Shown: one piece after another, positions 8,272 to 15,002 of the stretch
Layout: every line of letters starts with the position of its first letter
Numbering within the stretch: the stretch's first letter is position 1
DNA from: an uncultured virus (IMG/VR IMGVR_UViG_3300027708_000048)
Taxonomy: Duplodnaviria; Heunggongvirae; Uroviricota; Caudoviricetes
Strand: one strand, 5' to 3'
DNA length: 26,493 nucleotides
IMG/VR virus record: IMGVR_UViG_3300027708_000048
Translations under genes and position numbers: made by a program
The notes under the pieces: model-generated
Told to the model about the DNA's origin: nothing
Seen by the model: only the letters and a program-made list of their open reading frames with translations
The model's database searches: none

Positions 8272-8421
8272 TTACACGAAGAAGATAACTGCTTCGATGT
8301 AGACAATGAATGCAAATACCGCTGTGTATGCGGCTGTTTTTGCTATTGCTTTGCGGATTCCGCCAGCTTGGATTTTGGCGGTTTCCCATTTTTGCCATTT
8401 GGCATCTTGTGTTGTTTTCAT
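8272..8421 (-). CDS. Small tail-anchored membrane protein (49 aa; below the ORF-track cutoff)
   Basis: MKTTQDAKWQKWETAKIQAGGIRKAIAKTAAYTAVFAFIVYIEAVIFFV; first gene of the minus-strand cassette, A/C-rich leader. Confidence 0.6.
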   Translation of the reverse strand: MKTTQDAKWQKWETAKIQAGGIRKAIAKTAAYTAVFAFIVYIEAVIFFV

Positions 8422-8509
8422 ACTGCGTTTGGTTCAGTTAGCGAGCGACCAACTCGGTTGTTGTGTGATGCTAAAGCGGAAAGCGTTAGCAAGTTGGTAG
8501 AAAAGAAGC

Positions 8510-8543
8510 TTTCCGCTCCCAGCGGGAGCGGAAAATTTTTTTT
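8510..8543 (+). terminator. Perfect 11-bp hairpin plus T8 (terminator-like, no obvious upstream + gene)
   Basis: TTTCCGCTCCC-AGC-GGGAGCGGAAA, then A and T8. Confidence 0.5.
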
Positions 8544-9141
8544 CTTAAAAAGAACTAACATTGAACTAACATCAATGCTAGGTTGTTGATTAATAATACC
8601 ACTAAATAAATGTTAGTGTGGGTGAATACTGCTTTACGCCTTTCGGGGAAGGTAGAGTAGGCAAAGGCCTTTTCTGACTTTATCGCATCGGTCGTGTCTG
8701 GCGGGGCCGCTAATAACGAGCAAAAGCTGTTAAGCGAAAATCTAGGCCACTTGAAGTGTTCCGTGTTTGCTTACCTTTGCCGACATTCTGGGGTGTGCTA
8801 ATACTGGTCAGAGTCAATCGGGTGGGGCAGGGCAAAACACATTAAACACTTCCTCACAATTCAATGGAGGCAGGAACGAGCGTGTCAGCTACCATACTTG
8901 TCCGAGCGGTTCACGCTCGCATCTGCGAAGTAGGGGGGTCTCCCTAAAGCCTCCCGGAGGAGACCCGGCGATGGTGGTCGCCGATCGGCTTGGCAGGCAT
9001 GGCTAAACCCGCCCGAAAAATCGGGGAAGGGCGTCCGTACTGCGGCCGCTATCGTCAGAATCGGAGTTGCTCACCTTGGCTGGTCTCGAGGGTCTCCGAT
9101 ACAGTTAAGATAACAGATAACAGGTTGGCGTATACTAAAGA

Positions 9142-9163
9142 ATTGTTACAATATCGTAACAAT
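9142..9163. promoter_or_regulatory. Near-perfect 22-bp palindrome, operator-like
   Basis: ATTGTTACAATATCGTAACAAT matches its reverse complement at 20/22 positions; lies in AT-rich intergenic DNA between divergent genes. Confidence 0.45.
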
Positions 9164-9603
9164 AAAAGAGCGTGTGCGAATGTAAGATGGCACACTATTA
9201 GATTCCTGCGAAGCCTTCCTGTGCCCCAGCACATGAGCAATGTTAGCTACAAAGTTGATCAATTAATTCAGCATATAACATACCTAACATCTGGACAGAT
9301 CCAATCAACAACCATTATACCATTTGGATCATAACAGGATATACCATGCCGTTGTAGCCAATTAAGGAGGAGCCAAAGCGACGACGATAAGTGGCGTAAC
9401 AACGAGCAGAATACCAACCTACAAATGAAAACAATAGTGGACAATTAGCCGAAGGCTACACTGTTTCTGGGGGCGTTGCGGGGGGAACCCCCGCTAGAAA
9501 GGGGAGAAGGAGACAGCTTTGCTGGCTCATTCGGGGGGAAAGACCTTTCCCCCAAATGAACTCGACACGATGTAACGCTCATGATATTAAGTTAAATAAG
9601 CAT

Positions 9604-10107
9604 ATGGCAAAAGCACTCACAATCGACAGAGAACAAGTACGAGCAACCTTTGTAGCTACCGGCAGTTTAAAAGAGACAGGGCAACTCCACGGCATAAAAG
9701 AAAGCACCATCAGACAATGGGCTAAACGCTACCAATGGGAGACTGCCACCAATGTGCAGAAGCTACGAGCAAAAGCGGATGCGATTGTGGCAATCAAAAG
9801 AGAGAATGGACATGGAGATGTAACGCCTGTGTCACACAGTGCTGACGCACTTAACCAACACTTGGAGAACTCCTCGCACACATTCAAGACGAACATGGCT
9901 GGTGCGTTAGCACGATCTAGCTCGGCTTTAGCCGAGATGGATGGATTGTCTGCATTGGACAACAGCAGGAGGATGGTTGATTTGGCTACCGCCGCAAGCA
10001 AGGTATTCCCAAGCATGGCTGATGAGGCTGGGTTGAGTGTGAATGTGTTGAGTTTTAGTTTGGACTCGTTTGTGGCGGCTGGAGCGTTGCCAGAGCGAGC
10101 TGGCTAG
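9604..10107 (+). CDS. HTH protein, probable terminase small subunit (167 aa)
   Basis: N-terminal HTH GSLKETGQLHGIKESTIRQWAKRYQW followed by helical/coiled regions and a C-terminal beta strand (LSVNVL), the usual TerS architecture. Confidence 0.6.
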   Translation: MAKALTIDREQVRATFVATGSLKETGQLHGIKESTIRQWAKRYQWETATNVQKLRAKADAIVAIKRENGHGDVTPVSHSADALNQHLENSSHTFKTNMAGALARSSSALAEMDGLSALDNSRRMVDLATAASKVFPSMADEAGLSVNVLSFSLDSFVAAGALPERAG

Positions 10108-10208
10108 CCAGTGGAGGCTTACTGAAGTCCCAGTCCTTGTTTTGCCGGGAGGCAAAATAAGACGGCCAAGAGTAAGCTGGAACGAAGCTAGACTGCGGTC
10201 ATAGCGAG

Positions 10209-10513
10209 CCGAGTCCTTTATGGACGAGGGTTCCGAGGATGATACTTCATCCGAGGAACATCAGCCGAGCGAAGCGAGGCTGGGGGGGTTAACTCTATGC
10301 GAGGGCATTAAGCCCGAAGCATACGAGGATGATACTTCATCCGAGCGTTGTCCGAGTTAGGGTGGAGCGTTGCGGTGAGGGCCTTGTGCCCGAACTACGC
10401 CGAGCGGAGCGAGGCGAGGATGTGGCTTTCAGAGTTGAGGTGGCATGGTGCTTGCCAGTGAGGGCTTTGTGCCCGAACAACCGCCGAGCGAAGCGAGGCG
10501 GGGGGAGTTAACT
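10209..10513 (+). repeat. Array of nine hairpins with tandem GA/GA mismatches, built from mosaic repeats
   Basis: CGAGGATGATACTTCATCCGAG x2, GCCGAGCGRAGCGAGG x3, GTGAGGGCYTTGTGCCCGAAC x2, GGGGGRGTTAACT x2 (see findings). Confidence 0.9.
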
Positions 10514-10565
10514 TTTAAGCATTCTTTTTGCGGGAATAACAGCTGACGGGCACCCCCTTGGGCCA

Positions 10566-10589
10566 AGGAAGGTTCATTCCTCTTTTTTT
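10566..10589 (+). terminator. Weak terminator-like hairpin downstream of the terS-like gene and hairpin array
   Basis: AGGAA-GGTTCA-TTCCT followed by C and T7; convergent with the 10627-10875 gene. Confidence 0.35.
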
Positions 10590-10626
10590 CCAAAAGTCCC
10601 CATACAATTTTTTCTAAAATCCAGTG

Positions 10627-10875
10627 TCACTTCTTCTTTGGTTTGACTATCTGTGCTTTCACTGCTCTTCCGTAGATCGTCTGCTCGGCTACGCTTTCAG
10701 GCAACTGTTGGACGAATATTTTGAGGCGTAGGGCGTATTCTGCGTTTAGGAGGCCAACGATGTCGGAGAACTCGGCTCCTTGCGAGGCGAGTTGGGTTGC
10801 TTTGGAGTAAAGTTTTTGTTGGTTTTTGAGGTAGAGTTCGTCTGATATGTTTAGGTTTGTAGCTTTTTTAGACAT
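10627..10875 (-). CDS. Hypothetical protein (82 aa)
   Basis: Protein-like composition, A/C-rich leader, basic C-terminus KPKKK. Confidence 0.7.
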   Translation of the reverse strand: MSKKATNLNISDELYLKNQQKLYSKATQLASQGAEFSDIVGLLNAEYALRLKIFVQQLPESVAEQTIYGRAVKAQIVKPKKK

Positions 10876-11220
10876 GATTGGAAGATGTGTTTATGGTGTA
10901 GACAGATTGTAGAACCCGCTGGCGAAAAGAAAAGAAGGAAAATCCCTAAAAAGGAAGAAAAGAAAACTGCATAAGAAGCCCTATGTTGATAGAGCTTCTT
11001 GATTCCCCTCGGCTAAAGAACGACCTATGGAGCCTTGTCTGGATTGGTTGACTGGGAGTAGAAGGAGCCAATGCGAAGATGGCTCTCATTATTAAAGCAG
11101 GACGGCGAGTACCCTGCTTCTTTCCTTCACCAGCGAGGCCCTGTTCGGAACTACCTCGGTGGCTACACCATCCAACAATCTTGTTGCTGGATTGGGGGAA
11201 TCTAGGATATGGAGTGATGC

Positions 11221-11904
11221 GTGTCAATTGATATTTTTTATAGGAGCTATGCAGGGGATGCGGAGTGGCTGAAATACAGCTTGAAGTCTGTGGAGAAGTA
11301 TTGTGATGGGTTTGGGGGAGTCCATGTGGCGATTCCTGCTTCTGACATGGGGACGATGCCCTCTGTGGGGGGAGAGGTGGTTCATTTGGTGGAGCAGAGA
11401 CTGACTGGGTATTTGGATCAGCAAGTGACCAAGCTCCATGCCGATGAGTTTTGCAGGGGGGAGTATGTGCTTCATGTGGATAGTGACTGCGTGTTTTATC
11501 GGGATACTAGGCCAGAGGATTTCTTTCTTGATGGGAAGCCTGTTATTTTGCGTGAGGAGGGCGTGGAAAGCCCTTGGTTTGAGATTTCCGCTAGGTCGCT
11601 TGGGTGGAAGTGTGATGGCGAGTATATGAGGCGTTTACCGATTATTTATCCGAGGTGGATTTACAAGGCGTTTAGGATCTGGATGGAGGAGAAGCATGGA
11701 TGTAAGGTGGGGGATTGGATTGGGAGACAGCCGGGGCATGAGTTTAGTGAGTTTAATACTTTGGGTCAGTGGGCATATAAGTTCCATAGGAGAGAGTTTA
11801 CTTGGTTGCATCCGAAGGATTGGCCTGTGTATTGCAAGCAGTATTGGAGTTGGGGAGGCATAGGGGAGCATAGGGTAGAGATAGAGAAGATACTTGCAAA
11901 GTAG
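11221..11904 (+). CDS. GT-A-like glycosyltransferase-related protein (DUF6492-like)
   Basis: IDIFYRSY..D..WL.YSL.S, GYLDQQVTKLHAD, DxD-type VLHVDSDCVF, FSEFNTLG; GTG start. Confidence 0.7.
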   Translation: MSIDIFYRSYAGDAEWLKYSLKSVEKYCDGFGGVHVAIPASDMGTMPSVGGEVVHLVEQRLTGYLDQQVTKLHADEFCRGEYVLHVDSDCVFYRDTRPEDFFLDGKPVILREEGVESPWFEISARSLGWKCDGEYMRRLPIIYPRWIYKAFRIWMEEKHGCKVGDWIGRQPGHEFSEFNTLGQWAYKFHRREFTWLHPKDWPVYCKQYWSWGGIGEHRVEIEKILAK

Positions 11905-11928
11905 GGAGGGTGGTTTTAATAGGAGAGG

Positions 11929-12174
11929 ATGCCAGCAACTAGAATCCCAGAAGATAACGAGGCTAACTTTGTGATGGCCCAGTTAAGGGCGATAGCTGGA
12001 GAGCATTTTGATCATGGCATTATCATGGTTTCTAGGGAGAAGGATGGTGGGACGGAGTATTTCCATGCCGTTATTGGGAATCAGTTTGCTATTAAGGGGA
12101 TGATTGAGGCTTATATTGATGGAGAGTTTGAGCCAGAGATAGAGATTGAATTTGAGGATGATGAGGATAACTAA
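11929..12174 (+). CDS. Hypothetical protein with acidic tail (81 aa)
   Basis: Fills the gap; GNQFAIKGMIE core; EIEIEFEDDEDN tail. Confidence 0.75.
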   Translation: MPATRIPEDNEANFVMAQLRAIAGEHFDHGIIMVSREKDGGTEYFHAVIGNQFAIKGMIEAYIDGEFEPEIEIEFEDDEDN

Positions 12175-12178
12175 CCCC

Positions 12179-12207
12179 TTGACTGGTTAGTTAGGTGTGA
12201 GTAGCAA
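12179..12207 (+). promoter_or_regulatory. Putative sigma70-like promoter of the virion module
   Basis: TTGACT-17 nt-TAGCAA in the 44-nt gap before 12219; the -10 box is imperfect. Confidence 0.4.
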
Positions 12208-12218
12208 TAACAACGATC

Positions 12219-13166
12219 ATGCCCTCCCTTTCATTTGCACAAGCTAAAGTTCTTTTAGCTCCCTATTTCACATCACAGGGGCCTACTGATCCTGCTGTGG
12301 GGGCGGCAATTAACTTTGTTAACGAGAGGTTTATTTCTTCTGGGCAATGGAAGGGGAATCGGTTTATTAAAACATTCTCTGTGGGGGAAGATTCTGAAGG
12401 GAATTATTACTTTGATACGGAACCCGGCGTGGAGAGTGTGATGAGGGCAATTGCCGTGGATTACTCGCAAGGGAGTCCACAGGGAGAGATTGTCGAGATC
12501 ATGGGGGATTGGTATCCATTTAATGATGCTGGACTTGGGTTTATTCCCCCTAACTATGCTGGTGACACGCAGATCATTCGGCAGGGGCAAACGACCGCCA
12601 CATATGCTTTGGTTAGTGGAACTGGATCAATTGGGGATGGTCTTTATTCTTTGTTTTATTCTGAAGGAGATCCAACGCAACCTTATTGGCAGAATCAAAA
12701 TGGAACTACGATTGAATCAAACAGCCCCGGATGGAGAATAAAGAATGGTGATCTACTTGAGATTACATCTTTGTCTGGAGATTATCCAACAACTTCCCCT
12801 TGGGATTGCATTTGGCCCACTGGCGTGAGTGTTGTTGAAAGCAAACAGCTTTCAGACACGCAACGCTATCGCATCATTGGCAAAGTTCCAGAGACACGCA
12901 CGATGTATTGTATCGTGAAGAGAGGGTATGTGCCATTGGTTAAGAACACTGACCAGCTTGTTCCTTCTAACCGCAATGCCTATCGTTATGGCATACAGGC
13001 ATTTAACTACGAGAATATAAACGAACTGGAGAGGGCACAAGTCTATTGGCAGTTGGCTTATCAGAGCTTAAACGAGGAAGCGGCTTCCTTTGAAGAGGGA
13101 AGTGCTGATCAAGTGGATATTCAAACCAAGGCATTCTCGCCTTCGCTGATTCAAAACCTAATCTGA
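12219..13166 (+). CDS. Virion structural protein, probable head-tail adaptor / tail tubular protein A-like
   Basis: Helical N-terminus (AAINFVNERF...WKG) and C-terminus (AQVYWQLAYQSLNEE) around a beta region; first gene of the structural module. Confidence 0.5.
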   Translation: MPSLSFAQAKVLLAPYFTSQGPTDPAVGAAINFVNERFISSGQWKGNRFIKTFSVGEDSEGNYYFDTEPGVESVMRAIAVDYSQGSPQGEIVEIMGDWYPFNDAGLGFIPPNYAGDTQIIRQGQTTATYALVSGTGSIGDGLYSLFYSEGDPTQPYWQNQNGTTIESNSPGWRIKNGDLLEITSLSGDYPTTSPWDCIWPTGVSVVESKQLSDTQRYRIIGKVPETRTMYCIVKRGYVPLVKNTDQLVPSNRNAYRYGIQAFNYENINELERAQVYWQLAYQSLNEEAASFEEGSADQVDIQTKAFSPSLIQNLI

Positions 13167-13167
13167 T

Positions 13168-14019
13168 ATGGCTATTGAAGACCCAAACAGAAATCCATTT
13201 TTAGGGATCTACAAGAAGCCACAAGGTGGACAAGCAAATAATGCCGGGATGGGACAGCCGCAGGATTTCCTTTCTTCGGAGGAAGTTATTGGAAGGCCAG
13301 ATGCCCAGAATACTGCACAGAGGAGCAAGAGCGTGGCGAGTGGAATGAAGGATGCATATGATGCAGTTCAAAAAGCAAAGGACTTGGTTCCTAGAACACC
13401 ACAGCAAGAATTATCTGATTTTGACAAACAAAAGCAAGATGCATTTAAGAAGTATGGTAACATTCGAAAGAATCCTTTTTCTGGAGAAAAAGGAATGGCG
13501 TTTGATGCGGCAATGGGAAAAAGAGAGCTTACCGAAAAATTACAAGGAATTGTAAATACAAATTTTGCAGAGTTCCAAGCAGTTTCAGAAATACTTGATA
13601 GGAAGGAAAATCCTCAAAAGTATACAAAGATGGGTGCAATGGATCCCGGTTTAGGCGGAATAGAGCTTATGAAGTGGGGTGGTGGTGGCGTTGGAAAAGG
13701 TCAACACGCATCAACTTCAAAAATAAGCCATGAATATGATTTGTTTAAGCCAATGAAACCGGGTGGAGCGGCCCCTTGGGTTGGATTCTCATCTAAAGAA
13801 TCTACAACCCCAAGACTTGACGCAATGCAAGCAAGGCAAGGACAGCCAATTGCGACTCCAACGCCAAGACTTGATGCAATGAAGGCAATGAATGAAACAA
13901 GTAAACCAAATGCACTGGTTCCCGGCACTGACTTTTCTGGACGCACAATTCAAGAAAAACCAAAATATGGAAATGGTGTATATGCACCAGAATACATGGA
14001 CATTTATAACTCTTTTTAA
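13168..14019 (+). CDS. Hypothetical virion (ejection-like) protein
   Basis: 283 aa, Gly/Pro/Met-rich, no Cys, short internal repeat TPRLDAM x2; located before larger internal-protein-like genes. Confidence 0.55.
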   Translation: MAIEDPNRNPFLGIYKKPQGGQANNAGMGQPQDFLSSEEVIGRPDAQNTAQRSKSVASGMKDAYDAVQKAKDLVPRTPQQELSDFDKQKQDAFKKYGNIRKNPFSGEKGMAFDAAMGKRELTEKLQGIVNTNFAEFQAVSEILDRKENPQKYTKMGAMDPGLGGIELMKWGGGGVGKGQHASTSKISHEYDLFKPMKPGGAAPWVGFSSKESTTPRLDAMQARQGQPIATPTPRLDAMKAMNETSKPNALVPGTDFSGRTIQEKPKYGNGVYAPEYMDIYNSF

Positions 14020-14021
14020 AT

Positions 14022-14996
14022 ATGGACGAAGAACAGAGCAATTCACCTTACGCTGGAAGTTATTCTCCATATCAACCAATTGGAAGGGAGATTGGATCTC
14101 CTGTTAGTTCTTGGTCACAAATTGAAGGAGAGGCCAAATTAGACAGAGAACATCAATTTGATTTGATGGCTATTGAAGTTGCCAAAAAGAATGGTTGGAA
14201 GGTTAAAGATGCTCGTGATCTTATTGCAAAGAAGTGGGAGGCACAGCAATCCCATAAAAAGGCAGACCTTGAGGATCAGATCAAGCAGGCAACTTGGGAT
14301 GATGATTATGGCAAGATGAGGCAGGAGATTGCCCAAGTTAATACTAAAAACCTTAACGCTCAAGAACGCATAGATGATATTGCACAAAAGTATTCTTATC
14401 TTGCTGGTGCAAACGATGAGAAGATTGCCAAGGGGTATGATCTTGCCGTGACTTCTGCAACCAAGAGCCATCAGTCATATAGGGCTGGAATACAGAAATA
14501 TCTACCAAGGGGTGTTGGCGTAGATGAGGTTGGAACTATGGAGGGAGAACCAGATTGGACTTATGTTAGACAGCTTGGAACTGCAAATGCCCAGCAATTG
14601 TCTGATATAAGGGAGCAAAGGGCATCTAAATTGGCTAGAGAGAAGGCACAGCTTGAATTAGAGGCTTATGAGAAGAAGCAGGGGATTAAGTTGTCTCCAG
14701 AAGCCATTGCGGCAAGGGTGCAGGAAAAGGTGGACATCGCAAAAGGAGTTCAGCCATACAAAACTGCACCAAGTATTCTTTTTTCGGCTGGTCAGATTCC
14801 AACGCAAACAACTGGAACTCCAATGGCTACACAGCCAGCAAAGGAACCAGTTCCATCGCCAACTCCTTCTGCCGCTCCAACAACAAAATCAATGCCAGCG
14901 ACAAAAGACGATGTGATGGGATACAGGAGGAAGAATCCAAACGCCACTAAAGAAGAAATCGTGGACATGATGACCAAAGACGGCTATGCCTTTTAA
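14022..14996 (+). CDS. Hypothetical virion (ejection-like) protein
   Basis: 324 aa, helical/coiled, no Cys, Pro/Thr linker and a small C-terminal helical domain. Confidence 0.55.
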   Translation: MDEEQSNSPYAGSYSPYQPIGREIGSPVSSWSQIEGEAKLDREHQFDLMAIEVAKKNGWKVKDARDLIAKKWEAQQSHKKADLEDQIKQATWDDDYGKMRQEIAQVNTKNLNAQERIDDIAQKYSYLAGANDEKIAKGYDLAVTSATKSHQSYRAGIQKYLPRGVGVDEVGTMEGEPDWTYVRQLGTANAQQLSDIREQRASKLAREKAQLELEAYEKKQGIKLSPEAIAARVQEKVDIAKGVQPYKTAPSILFSAGQIPTQTTGTPMATQPAKEPVPSPTPSAAPTTKSMPATKDDVMGYRRKNPNATKEEIVDMMTKDGYAF

Positions 14997-15002
14997 TCAA
15001 CT

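Noticed and set aside
8260..9334. Plus-strand ORFs 8260-8589, 8306-8500, 8767-9006 and 8990-9334
   Set aside because: No recognisable motifs, mostly weak starts; the first two are antisense to a better 49-aa gene and the others cross structured non-coding DNA
10329..10511. 60-aa ORF over the hairpin array
   Set aside because: The translation simply mirrors the DNA repeats (RRAERGE, RRAKRGG) and is not protein-like
10209..10513. CRISPR array interpretation of the repeats
   Set aside because: Several different repeat types are interleaved, with no constant repeat separated by unique equal-length spacers and no cas operon
10946..11227. 93-aa minus-strand ORF
   Set aside because: Atypical composition, overlaps the start of a divergent gene and coincides with extensive base-pairing; not excluded entirely
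13810..13881. 18-nt near-repeat encoding PRLDAM x2
   Set aside because: Real but a minor local duplication in a low-complexity region, with no sign of separate function
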